A DNA stretch of 64,000 nucleotides from Enoplolaimus lenunculus (GCA_030248215.1 JASANG010002792.1:372001-436000); one strand, 5' to 3'. Numbered from the stretch's first letter, positions 12,900-40,088 are shown. Notes: generated from the sequence alone by a model not told the origin. Program-made: numbers and translations.

Positions 12900-14815
12900 T
12901 GTGAAAATGTTCCTCAAAAACTTTGAATGCGTTGTTGCAATTGCAACCAGTGTTCTTCATCGAATTCAATCGATACTATATTCAAGTCTTTCGTTTGCAG
13001 GGCACAAATTACCAGATCCGCGTTACGTAGTCGTGGGATTCCCATTTGACCAGTTATCTGATGACAATATTTGTGAGTTTTTTAGCAGACACATGAAGAA
13101 CTGGCAAATGAAATCGCCAACGAACTAGATCAAAATCTACTACCGGGCCCTGGTGTGCTTCAAGAAATTATAAATCGCGATCCTGAAGCGCAACAGCCAA
13201 GGTTTTTTATGAGGAAGATAACGATGGTGATAAAGCATATGGAAGAACGCGAAACAAACATATGCAGACAAATGAATCCATTTATGGACGATGTAGCAAG
13301 CGATGCTGGTGATGATGCAGAGTTCACAACATCAGCGATAACGAAGAAAAAAGTTCAAATTGATCCGTTATTGCTGGAACCACGTACAATAATTGTTCGA
13401 TTATTAGGCAGTCCGTTTGATGAGACTATGTATCTCAACATTTTTAACAACCACGTTTCGCTAATTATAGATAAAAAAATTACCAAGTTTTGGCATTGCA
13501 ATTTGTGCGATCGACTTTTCGACCACCACGTGCATTTCTTGAAACACATTCGTCTCTGCAACGGTGAGCCAACCAATACGTGTACCCAGGAGGAGGATTC
13601 GGTAATAAGAAAGCAATTATCGAAAAACTCAATGAAGAACTAAATATTGAAATCACTGATTTTGTTTTCAATATCGAGCCACATTTGACTTTGAAGCGCG
13701 GTTTAAAGAAAGGAATGAGCGTACTGAAGGAGGAAAGCTAGCGTCTACGCAAAAATTAGTTTCTACAAGTGTTGCAATCGCGAGTAATGTTGATGAATAC
13801 GAGATGCCGTGTGTTTTGTCGGAGAACAAGAACATATTGTAAAACAAATATATGAGCATTTGAAATTGACAGCTACACGTGCCAGCGAACTACAGAAGCA
13901 AAAGGGATATTCTAGAGAAGAATGCAAAGATGCTAAAAGATAGTGGGCTGAATATGCGGTAGAATACCACGAATTTAGTGCCTTTTCTAGAACGGTTTAA
14001 CAAAATGTTTTGACAATTTCTTCTATGGGTCTGTGAAATTTTCAAGCACGCAGTTAGTCTTCCAAAGGCTGCGCAAATTTGAATGTGTCAAAAATTACCA
14101 ATGGGTCCTATTTTTACGTTATTCAGTAATGCTCACTGGGAACTTCCGCATCTTATTAGCCAAAACCTAATAGGCGGAGCAAGTATAATCTTTCACATAC
14201 ATCGTGAAGTGGGTGTTACTAGTATACGTGGCAGAGAACATGTTAAACAAATCGTTGGCTACGACGCGAATATGCTACATCTTCATTCTCTGCCGCAAGA
14301 TATGCCCTCAGAAATTTTTTGCGTTTGGCGACCAGGTGATGTCGATGATCTGGGTTCTCCAGTGCGAATCAAGAGCATAGAGCTACAAAAACGTGACAAC
14401 ATCACAGAACTAAAGCGACAGTTTGCAACAGCGGTCAACAACATTTTGCCAAAGGTACTGCAGTGCAATCCAGCATTTCCATTCTTCAAAGCCAACAAAA
14501 AGCTGTGGCTCTTAAACCGTGTTAGAGAACAGTTATGCAGACGGTTTGTCATACAAGGCGATCCGAAACCGGGTAAAGCATTTTCTGGACGCCTTACAGA
14601 TTGGTGAATTTTTTGGTTTGGTAGTGTGCGATATGCAACGGCCCTGGTATGATGAAAATTACGAGATCAATACGTAGAAATGACGTCAATATTAAAGAAC
14701 ACTGATGTATCTATCCATGACATTGGTGAACATATGAGTGAGTTTGCATGTGAAGACGAATTTATAAAGCGACCTCGGTGTGCTCTCAATGGATCCTGTT
14801 TTGGAGAACCGCTTA
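12900..14815 (+). pseudogene. Decayed Maverick/Polinton-type protein-primed DNA polymerase B (frameshifted, internally deleted, 3' truncated)
   Basis: Pieces lie in different frames but in the expected order: DDNICEF; zinc-finger-like WHCNLCDRLFDHHVHFLKHIRLC; YPGGGF..AIIEKL; Exo I-like YRATFDFEA (13672-13698); LIGGASIIFH..EVGVTSIR..KQIVGYDANMLHL..QDMP (motif A, GYDAN at 14257-14271); FFGLVVCD..ILKNTDVSIHDIGEHM..PRCALNGSCFGE. Motifs B and C (K..NSxYG, YxDTDS) were not seen. The 5' boundary is approximate. Confidence 0.85.
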
Positions 14816-14974
14816 TCGTAAAGTAAAGAACTAAGTTACCACTAAAACAAACAAAGAATATTTCAAAATCGCACTAAGTAAACAAACAAATTTTTACTGA
14901 CAAGAACACACAAATGAATAAAATTTTAACAGGAGCTTAACACATACATTATACCAGTAAATTAAACTACGGGC

Positions 14975-15509
14975 CTTGTCTACGCGACCTGCTTATTTAT
15001 ATAACGTTTCCTCAGTGTACGTTAGACAAAAAATTTTTGTTCGATATGCTCGCATTATTTTGCTCGGATATTGTTTTGGGTCAAGAGAACCACCAAGACG
15101 GCAATGTTCACTATCACGCGATAATTAAAACTAAAGAAAAACTTAAATTGACTGAGTTATACAAGCAGCTATAAAATATTTTTGGAATGGTGCGTTGGAC
15201 ACTCAAAAGGTCAGGAAAACTAGGCAAGTGGTTCGTTATTGCGTTAAAGAAGATTGTGAACATTGCGTCAAGGGAAATGAATTTAAAAATTTACTTGGTT
15301 TTGCTGTAAAATGTACTAGATTTATCCAGGAAAATCCTGATTTTAATCTGAACCACCCGTTTGTTAAAAGAAACTGGAACTCTTTCCTTTATTTGCGGGA
15401 TGCCCATTCAGAATTCTGGCAAAATAACGTCGTTTTCCTGTTTGTTGTTGGGTGTGTAAACCCTTCATACAACGACGGTTATATTTCGGCTGTAAATCAG
15501 CAGTCGTAG
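14975..15509 (+). pseudogene. Decayed HUH rolling-circle Rep endonuclease (geminivirus/CRESS-like), no helicase visible
   Basis: The frame from 14998 reads YITFPQ (motif I) ... GQENHQDGNVHYHAII (motif II, HYHA at 15109-15120), with a stop at 15172-15174. After a frameshift comes VVRYCVKED (motif III YxxK at 15237-15248). No Walker A was found downstream. Confidence 0.8.
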
Positions 15510-17680
15510 TCTACAATGGACAGCTTTTTTGACAAAATTTTTTTCAACAATCAGTCTACATTTTATGTTAGCCGGAACCGTTATTCGTAACGCCGGCTCA
15601 TTAATCATGTTTAGACCCTATTTCATTTTCTTACATGGTGAGCCTTATGTGTATGCGCCACTGCAATATAATTCTTTAAGACTCTTCTTTACTGCTTGTG
15701 TTGTGCAAAAAGTTTCCGCACAATTGTTACCTACAGTCAAAATGGTGGAATCAGTATAGTAGAATCATGCAATAACAAAAATCAGGAACCTGAAAGAAAA
15801 TTTCTTTTCGAACCAGGTAAATCTGCAATATAGGAATCGCGACCGAATTTGGACCGAAATTCTATCCCAAATCAGAATTATGTTTGCATTGTGATGTGTG
15901 CTACGGTTTGCACATTGAATATTTAATGTGTTTAGCTGTTTAGCACATCGAGACTATTTAGCTATCAAGATTCTTAAGTCAAAGTCAATTTTTTGATTTT
16001 TTAGATTACAATTTTTGCAAGCAAAGTGGAGTTTTATAAGTATCAAAAGAAAAGTGAATGGTTGAAATATAATTTTCCGGGCAATATCAATGACACCGTT
16101 GCCAATTATATAATTTTATAAATATTCTTTGTTTTCTGCATAAATATTTACAGTTGAAGTCATTTTTGGAAAGAATGTCAGTCAGCTACCCTGAATGCTA
16201 ATCTGTTGATTTGTGTATATAGCTTCTTATCTGTTACGAGCATGCGTTTTTTTGTCAATTAGGTTCCAATCAGATACCAAAAATATCGGAGCCTGATATT
16301 ACGTTCACATTTCGACAATAAATTAAGCTTAATCACGTGAATTTAGGATTACTTGCTAAAATTTGAAATTATTTTATTACTACAGAGGTTTAGTATTAAG
16401 TACATTTCGCGGTACTACTTATTTTTTTTCGTCATTTGAGACAAAATTTACGGGAAATAGCGTGATTTTAGTCAAAATTCAGTAGTTTAATATAGAGTTT
16501 TGTTGTGCTTTTCAGTGATTAATATTTACCAATGCAAACTACTGAAACCGCATATCCGCTTGCTCTGCTGAACAAGGTACAAATTACTCTGATAGTCTAC
16601 TGCGTTATATGGTCTGTTGCGAGATTTGCCTAATGCTTATGTGTAAGCATGGCCTGTAAGCATTCGAGTATTTGAGACGATAATTTTTGCTAGTTTTGGT
16701 ATTTTTTTAATAAGTACTATCGTGCACTAATTGCAAGTGGGGAAGCTTACCACTATCTATAAGTGTACAGGCCGGTGAAATCGGACACCAAAAGAACCGG
16801 AGCCAATTTTTGTCATTTCGAACGAAAATCATGCGACTTACTGTTGTTTTCGTCGTAAATAATTGTTATTACAGAGTTATGTTATACTTCTCTGTGTAAA
16901 TACTGCGCGAAATAGAATAACAGGGACGAAATATACAGTTTTTTGAGGGGTCTTGTTTTTGGTTATGTCTTTAATTTGAAACGCATCTATCAAGCATTCC
17001 CGGTTCCATTTCAGAAATTTCACAGCAATGATTTTTTGCGTTTGACGTCAACACAATATTAGTGATGTCACCGAAGCATTGGTTGCTCGTGTATTGCGTA
17101 GCTAGTATTAAGACGAAACTTTAAACTTTTAGAAATAAATATAACTCCAATGTGATTCAGCGTCCGTGTTATATTGTTTGCTGTATTGATGCAAAAAATT
17201 GTCCACCCATTCTGTAAGAAGAAGTGTACAAATTACAAGTGTGGCCAAATCTTGGTACATTTTGATGGTGTTTATAGATAGTCTCCAGTGTCCGAGTCTG
17301 TCCTGATTGAAGTGACCAAAGGGATGTTGCTTCGGGAGACTACTGAACAAATAGATTTTCGTTAACGACAGATAGGACAAAAACAAATATTGTATCAGAA
17401 TCAGGACAATTATCATCTTCCCGCTAGAAAGTTACCTTTCCGCAGTTTCATCGACTCAACTTGACAATTTCCTTGCGCTTTATAAGAATTTCAGATTTAG
17501 GTATTACCTGTACATAATGTACATACACTTCTGTAGTAAAAAATGTTTATAGTTTAGTACAGTGTTAACGTCAAAATGACTAGCCGCGGCCGTGGGCAAC
17601 CATATGTAGGAGCAGAGCGAAACATAGTGGCAAACTGAGGTGATTCACGATATAAAGTAACGCAAATATGTTGTCAGTTA

Positions 17681-17906
17681 ACTTGGGTATGCTAGGGTAC
17701 GACGGTTTTCGTTCTGAGTTCTCGCATTTGAAAATAAGGGGCGTTTTCACGAGGTTTCGATCCCATGACCCATTGTCTACAAATTCTCAGTCCAACACGC
17801 TACCTCTGAGCCACACCACCTCACAATCAGCTGCTCATCTTTCCTGATTTTATGCCTTATAAGAACCTCAACATTTTGCGCATGTATCTTGGTTCTTCCA
17901 TGTTTT
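17681..17906 (-). mobile_element. Repeat with tRNA-like A/B boxes (family T1, copy 1)
   Basis: The reverse complement reads GGTGGTGTGGCTCAGAGGTAGCG..GGGATCGAAACC. Homologous to 19895-20113 over about 220 bp. Confidence 0.65.
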
Positions 17907-18648
17907 TAACGTTTCTGCATAGGCGCCGTCAATCGTCATGTAAATGTACATTTTTTCACATTTGTTCGTTTACTATTAACGGCACGAAATCATTTCAAGT
18001 GCATATAAAGGTACAACACTTTAGTGAGAATATAGATAAAAAATTGTGTTTCAATATTCGTTTGGTCATAATTGATGCCGCGGCAGATCAATTTGTCACT
18101 AAAGCTGTCAAGACTTGCCGGCCGTTTGCGAAGTAGTGAAACGATTCAGCATAGACTGTTTCGCAACTGCTACAACATTTGATGACTACAATTTTAATGG
18201 TGTTCAACATTCGTTCCGTCATTAAAGTTGATATTCACCTCGATCAAATTCTCGAACACCTGGAATTAACTTGCGATAATTGCGATAATTGAATAAACGA
18301 TATTGAACTGCACCATGAAATACATGAAGCGAACAGTTCAGAAAACTCGTCAACGACTACGCAAGACCTAGCTGGAGACGAAATGAACTGCCGATTAGCA
18401 TTTATGGAGGCAAAGAAGACTACAAACTTAAAACAAGTTGCAAGTGAAGACGACTACGCCGATATACGCTCAACAAAATATGAAATAGTCAATAACAGTT
18501 GTCACGGATGCCGATACGCCACATATGCTTTAGAAAATGAAGGCGGTCAGCCAGATTATTTTTACCACTTTTGCTACTATTCTCCTGCTTCCAAAGTGCG
18601 AGTTTTTCTTCGAGAAACACTAAAGAACAGGAATTGACGAAAGTTATA

Positions 18649-19358
18649 GGTCATCCACGTTTAAATGCACGCACAGTTGTAAACAATGTCCATCCCTTTT
18701 GGGTACCGCGTTGTCCATACTCAGTGGCGGATCCAGGATCTCAAAATGGGGGGGGTGAAAATTTGAGAGGTAATAAACCTTTTTTTGATAAATGACTCCA
18801 GGGCCAAGAAACTTTAAAGCGGGCTTATACTATTGTGTATAAAACAGAGAAATAAACGGCGTTGAACAGCAATAGACACTATATAATTTTTGTCGAGATG
18901 CTGTTGGGGGGCCACGGCCGGGGTGGCCCCCCGTGGATCCGCCATTGTCCATCTCACTCTCTTTATACACTGTCTGAGATGATGTAAATATGCCATTGTC
19001 TGAACCTTTTGAATGAGTATACTCTAGGCATAAAATTTACTTGTCCTGACATCATTATATCAGGAACTGTTATTGCCCCTAGTCCCTCGGAAGGGACTCC
19101 ATTTTTTGCGTTGAATGATGCGTGTGTGAATGTGTGCACAGTGTGTGTATAAATGTCTGCGCGTTCCTAACGTAATGTCCTGACATCCAACAGACACATG
19201 CGTTTGTCCAAAATTCCTTCCGACAGTCTAGACAATTATTAACAAGTTATGAAACTGTTAATACTTTCCTCGAGCTAGGACTCGTATTTTGATGCTGTTC
19301 CAAATTTGTTGGGTGGAACTTTTGTTACATCAGTGTGTGCATTTTAACGTGGATGACC
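18649..19358. mobile_element. Non-autonomous TIR DNA transposon (about 710 bp) with a nested MITE
   Basis: Left TIR GGTCATCCACGTTTAAATGCACGCACAG matches the right end CAGTGTGTGCATTTTAACGTGGATGACC. The inverted similarity extends about 45 bp. Confidence 0.75.
18722..18947. mobile_element. hAT-like MITE nested in the 18649-19358 element
   Basis: TIRs CAGTGGCGGATCCA / TGGATCCGCCATTG. Flanks TCCATACT / TCCATCTC resemble a decayed 8-bp TSD. Confidence 0.7.
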
Positions 19359-19894
19359 CATTAAATCTGACACTGGCTTTAGAGAAAGATTTACTGATGA
19401 AAAGAAACACGTATAAAAGGCCAATTTGGAGAACGAAACTCTGACGAGAACGTTTTTGTTGAAAATCTTATCGTATTGTTCTGCGCGAGAATTTTTAACA
19501 AGTATATCATGAAGCACAATAACAGAACGATACGATATGCGTAACTAATAAAAGGAAATTTAAAGTTGAAAGGTCATTGTAAACCTGGTATGTATAATGT
19601 AAAGACAATGTCTAGTTGAAAGTTGCACATTTTAACTTTAAACAATAAGTGGTTGCTCCCAAAAAGTTAGTTTTTACGTTCATACTAAATGCAGTTGCGT
19701 TATAATAATAGAACTCATGAATATTAGAAGATAACTAGAATCCACAAAAAGAGATTCCGAATTTACTTAGCTAGTTAAAGTTGTAATTAGCAAATAGATC
19801 GGTTAATAGTAGATTTATAAATGATTTTGGTTGAACGTCCTGTTAAACATGTGGTGGACGCTGCATATGTAGTGCTTTCATATGTAGCAGCAGT

Positions 19895-20113
19895 AAAACA
19901 TGGAAGAAGTAAGATACATATGTATAATGTTAAGGTTCTTATAAGGCATAAAAACAGAAAAACTCTGCAGTTGATTGTGAGGTGGCGTGCCTCAGTGGCT
20001 AGCGCGCTGGACTGATAACCTGTCGACCGAGTTCGAAACCTCCTGGGAACGTCCCTCATTTTTAGCTACTGAGCACTCAGAACTAAAATCATCGTACCCC
20101 AGCCTGCCCAACT
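19895..20113 (+). mobile_element. Repeat with tRNA-like A/B boxes (family T1, copy 2)
   Basis: GGTGGCGTGCCTCAGTGGCTAGCGCG..GAGTTCGAAACC. Inverted homolog of 17681-17906. Confidence 0.65.
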
Positions 20114-20463
20114 TATCACAGAATACATTTAATATATTTGTATTTGTATATATATAGCTTGAATAAAGCTGCTGCCAGTTTTATATTTGCTTTTGCATCG
20201 TCGCAGGTCCTTAACTCAGCATAGTTTTCAGCTGGAATGCATTTTTATTTGATGCCGTTTATTGGGGATTATATGTTGTAGATCTGCCACGGGGCCGGGC
20301 CAGATTTTCAGATTGATTCACTGTTAACCATTCATCGGCTCGGTATCGCCTAGCCCCAGCCCCGAGACAGCTCTAATATGTAGTATATGACAGACCGTGC
20401 ATATATATATACATATATAACATTTACTGTTGTGATAGAATCAGAAGGTACTACGATTAGACA

Positions 20464-35229
<14,766 letters not shown>

Positions 35230-35619
35230 TCAAAACATTGAAAATGTAATTCTGTTATCTATATTTTGTTCGTAAATTGACTTTTGATCAGTTTTATTAG
35301 AGAAGAGGGTGTATTGTCCGTTTTAATTTACTATCCGTTTTAAATCTCTGGTTTCATCATTGTTACCACAGCATTTAAAATTTTCAAATCTTATAAGCTC
35401 CGACGATAAAGTTTTATGCTGTCTTTAATTTCATTCAACCCTTCCATGCCTGACATCGGCTGTACAGCGCTGTGGAGTATATTTTTCTATGACAAATTAT
35501 GCTTGTGAGTTTTTAAACGATGCAGCGATTATTTACTTATATCTGGATGTGTGGGTGATATAGCGTAATCGGTTGTGTTAATGAAGTATTATGTTTGTAT
35601 ATCAATATGCACATCTTTG

Positions 35620-35625
35620 AATAAA
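35620..35625 (+). terminator. Candidate polyadenylation signal of NAMPT
   Basis: AATAAA about 390 nt after the stop codon, followed by U-rich sequence. Confidence 0.5.
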
Positions 35626-35759
35626 AGCATTGTGCTAAAGCCTGTTCTGTCTGCTTATACAAACTTCGTTTGAATTCTAAATTTTCTCTTCTGTTGGCAT
35701 CTTGATCATTCATTTAGTGTTTCGAAATGATGTTACCGTTTTCCGAGGTGGAAAAGTTA

Positions 35760-37040
35760 TGACCAGGAGTGCAGCGCAGCCACCCCTGCATGACGGCTAG
35801 AAACTACGTTGGTTTCGTAGGAAAAATCGCGCAAGTATTAACCCCTTCTCACATTGAGTTGCCTGTAGGCGACTCAGCGCACCGTATATACGTTAAATAG
35901 TATATATCGCACCATGTTTAACAATTGCAACACGTATACATATAGTACTAAATCACCACAAGACGTGAGAGCCCCTCGGGCTCGAGAGTTCGAATCCTAG
36001 CATAAAAGTAGGTCTCAAGGGAAATAGAAAATATTCATGTGAGAAAGGGTAAGTTTGGCTGAGAAAACTGGAAGCCTGGATATTCCCTTTTTCGGTATAG
36101 GGAACATTTGTAGCGTAAAGTTTGTTTAGAAAACAGGAAAAGTGAAAATTTTAAACACTTGTTAGTAGGTTATTTGTAGTTTGGTAGGAAAAACCTGAAG
36201 CATAGGTTATGGTTGGAAAACGGGAAAAGTTAACAATTTAAAACGTATAGGTTTTCCCTGGTTACGTAGGGAAAGTTTGAAAGTAGATTTTGTTTCGAAA
36301 ACAATGGAAAATTTAAACACCTACGATATTAATATAACGCAAAATTGACGAAAAAATTTCGCACAATAAATTAATAGTTTTAAAGCAGGAAAACGAAACG
36401 TTTTATGTTTAAAGCGAAATAGTTTCCAAGACATTTGCGCAGTGAATAGCAAGGGAAATCTTCAAAATTGCAGGAATTCAAACGCCTAGATATTCTCATT
36501 TTCGTAATGAAAATTTGAAGTGTAAAGTTTGTTTGGAAAACGGCAAAGTAAAAAATTCAAACGTCTAAATTTGATGATTTGGTAGGGCAAATCTATAGCG
36601 TAGCCACTCCTGCGTGACGGCTAGGAATTCAATTGTGGCTCGGAAAACTTAAGTGTTTAAGATGAATTTTTCGGTAAGTATTTTTTGTTTTCCGCTTCCG
36701 GTATTTCTTACTTTCCGGTTCCGGTATTTCATAATTCCCGTTGCACCCCGCTGTACCGCTCTTGGTCTTTACATTGGATCGTTTTGCAAACAAAACCTGC
36801 GCTTCGGATTTTCTGTATTTAACCACGAAAAAAACTATACGTTTCAAATTTTTCACTTTTCCTGTTTTCAAAACAAAACCTTCGCTTCAGATTTTCCTTA
36901 CCAAAACCAAGAGAAATCTACCTAGGCTTGAATTTTCCCATTGTCCTAGCGAATCACACATCTCAATTTTTCAGCCAGACCAACGAAACTGTTCCTTCCC
37001 TACTATACCTAGAAAAAACCTATACGTTTAACTTTTCCAC
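35760..37040. repeat. Degenerate repeat cluster with Helitron-like 3' ends
   Basis: Two copies of AGCCAC(C/T)CCTGC(A/G)TGACGGCTAG (about 35778 and 36602) end in CTAG. Degenerate TTTGTTT.GAAAAC.GGAAAAGT units span 36040-36600, with inverted units at 36780-37040. Confidence 0.45.
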
Positions 37041-37864
37041 TACCTCCGTTTGTACCCTGTTGGCCACTATGATGAATTTCGTCACAGTTGAGGCATGCCA
37101 ATATTAACCGGGCTTCGCAAAATTTTAAAGAAACGATAAGTAGCTGATGTGTAGAAACTTTTAAGATTTTAGATCAATTTTGTCGAACAATTATTGCAGC
37201 ATAAAATTGCTATGAAAAATTGCGATATATATTCGTGACTTACAACTGATTTCGAGCATAAAAATAACAGCACTTTCAGTACTTCCATAACGGAAACCGA
37301 CATTTTTTCAGAAATGGAAATTTAGTTTACACCTTGGTCACAAGATTGCGTACAAATACGACGTGAGAAACAGTCAAATGGCAGCGCGATTATGATAAAC
37401 ATCGAGGAAACAGATGCCAAAAGTCTACGGTATAAAAACCCAAAATACTGAGCGGGGAGTGATCATATGCCACACCGAGATTCCTAAAATTTTAAAGAAT
37501 AAATTGCGGATGCACCATAATTTTACGAATTTGATACGCTATTTTTAACTATAAGGTTGAGCGCAAAAATAACACCAATTTCTACCGGAAACAGATATCC
37601 AGTTACACCCTACCCTTTCCCGCCAGACTACAATAAAGCAAGCTTCAAATTTTTAGACAAATTTCTTGCTAATAGGCTTAATGGCCAATGTAATAGAACA
37701 CAGCGTAACAGCAGTAGGTACAAGCATATTGTTCCTAAGCCTAAACCATAAGAATAAGCTTATACCATATCCTAAGCAAAAAATTAGTCTGAAGCTTATT
37801 TATTCTGCTGATACGCCGGATTAGGCTTTATTGTAACGCTACGAGCTTATATATACCTGCCTAC

Positions 37865-38215
37865 CAGGGTACAAACCGGAGGTCTACCTCCGGTTCCGGC
37901 AGAAAATCGGCCTCCGGCTCCGGTAAAATTTTGCCGGAGGTTCCGGCAATTTCGATAGTAAAATTTTGCATATTTTTGCAAAATTTAGCTGTTTGAACGC
38001 GTTTCGTTTTACTTTTGTCACAATTTTCACGATAGAATTTCCGAAAATTCGCAGAAAATTAGCGTAAAACCAAACAAATAAACAACATATTGCAGGTATA
38101 GGCTAAAACTAACTAGTTAACCATCATGGTTACTACCAAATTTCGCCTCACCTCCGGCTCCGGCAAGTTTCGTTGACCTCCGGCTCCAGCATTTTTCACC
38201 TCCGGTTGCACCCTG
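37865..38215. mobile_element. hAT-like MITE with perfect 8-bp TSD
   Basis: TIRs CAGGGTACAAACCGG / CCGGTTGCACCCTG, flanked on both sides by CTGCCTAC. Subterminal CTCCGG repeats. Confidence 0.85.
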
Positions 38216-38880
38216 CTGCCTACTTGCTGCGGTCCTGTTCTATACATTGGCCAACTCTTCAAAGAAATGGTAGAGTTGGCTTTGTATCGTTCTAGTTTAC
38301 GCGCTCACAAATTGTAACACCGCTCACTTCTATTTTAATTCCTAACAAGAAATGCAACCATGTCGGAATTAAACTTCCACTTGAATGCAAAACGAACAAG
38401 GTTTTTTGGTCTATACTTGTTGTGAGTAATTTTTAATTTGCAAACTGAAACCAAAACAGATGCTAAATATAAATGTAATGTATCTCTACGTTCTCTTTTC
38501 ACATTCATGTGATCAAACTTCTACAATGTGCCAAAAATAAACAAATCAACACAAAATTAAAACTAAACAATCTGAAACACGTTAAAAGGTTACGTAGCAA
38601 CCAATACGCAAGCACGATGTCCACGTTAGACTTGATATAACAGAGCCACGTGGCACGTTACCCCACTCCTATCGTGAACGCAGATTAAAGACACACTATG
38701 TGAAGGACTAAAAAATATCTTATCTCATTGTATAGTTAGAAATTGCCAAATTCATATATATTTTTCGTGGCATTAAATAGCCAATTGAAGTTTGCTTTTG
38801 CTGTACAATGAAAAAAGCCGTTGTTTCTTAATTATTTCAGATCATAAAATCAATTAACAACAGTGCTAAAGGAAGAACAG

Positions 38881-39370
38881 TACTGTAGCGACCCGAATAA
38901 GAGAAGGGGTCTCCATTTAAATCCCAATCAATAGGAGTCCGTCTCCCTAAGAGTCTGTAAGCGGATAGAGTTCCTAAACCCTAATTAGAGTCCGTATCCC
39001 TAACAAGAGTGTAGGCGGATAGAGCCCCTTTGAGTCCCAATCAATAGGAGTCTATATCCCTAATAAGAGTCCATAAGCGGATAGAGTCCCTAAACCCTAG
39101 AGTCCATAAATGTCAATTATTCCTAATTGTTACGCATAAATGACTCCAGAACCAAAAAAAGCTGAGTTCGAAACTCTAAAGCATATATACTTGAGCTTTG
39201 AAAGTACATTGCTATATACGTATAAACTTGCATTATCGCTCAAGCTTTGATGTAAGGCAAAAACGTTTTAATTCAACGGATTGTTGCAATACCGGATATA
39301 CATATCAGTAACGAAGGGTGACGGAGGGCGGGTTGAAAATAAGCCCCCTCTTATTCGGGTCACTACAGTA
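38881..39370. mobile_element. Non-autonomous TIR element with TA ends (Tc1/mariner-like MITE), copy 2
   Basis: TACTGTAGCGACCCGAATAAGAG ... CTCTTATTCGGGTCACTACAGTA. Internal tandem units GAGTCC.TATCCCTAA..AGAG..GCGGATAGAG. Homolog of 6840-7294. Confidence 0.8.
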
Positions 39371-39920
39371 AACATACCAATCCACATCATTTAAATAATA
39401 CAAGTTTAACAGACGACTAGTTTATATGACAATATCAGCACATCAATTAAATTAGTTAATACAATAGTGCATACCCCAAAATGATTCTTATAAATTTTCA
39501 GGTTCTATATTCACGTATTTTCGAAATGAAAACAAGCCGCTTGGATAAAATTTTAATATCTAGTTCAGCCTCTGGCTATCGAAGCAAGTGAAAACCTAAA
39601 CGTAACTTTAACACTAAATCCTGATACAAAGCGATAATTTTGAAACTCTGGGAGCGGTCCCCACTTGCTGAACCTCTGATTCAGAGCAGCATATACATAT
39701 AAAGCAAATAATTATACACTCTTTATGTCATAGCCCAAACCATAATTCACCCCAATTTGACAAGACGATTAGCTGGTGCAAATACTCTTTTCTGATTGGC
39801 TAAGTAATCGCCACTTGTTGGCTACCAAACAGTTTGTTGAAGTAGAATCAAGTTGGCTTACGAATATCAAGTAATGAATCAGGAAACAGGCAGCCTTGCC
39901 GGACACAATTCCGCCTTGGG

Positions 39921-40088
39921 CTAGCCCAAGTCGTTATTTCGCTTTGGACTAGCCCAAGTCGTTATTTCGCTTTGGACTAGCCCAAGTCGTTATTTCGCTT
40001 TGGACTAGCCCAAGTCGTTATTTCGCTTTGGACTAGCCCAAGTCGTTATTTCGCTTTGGACTAGCCCAAGTCGTTATTTCGCTTTGGA
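39921..40088. repeat. Minisatellite, 6 identical 28-bp units
   Basis: CTAGCCCAAGTCGTTATTTCGCTTTGGA starting at 39921, 39949, 39977, 40005, 40033 and 40061. Confidence 0.95.

Noticed and set aside
18197..18637. Coding-like stretch including an 84-aa ORF
   Set aside because: It has an in-frame stop upstream, no recognisable domain or consistent splice partners, and is interrupted by a TIR element. It is probably transposon debris and cannot be assigned.
39921..40088. CRISPR-like array of 28-bp repeats
   Set aside because: The units are contiguous and identical with no unique spacers, there are no cas genes, and the context is eukaryotic.
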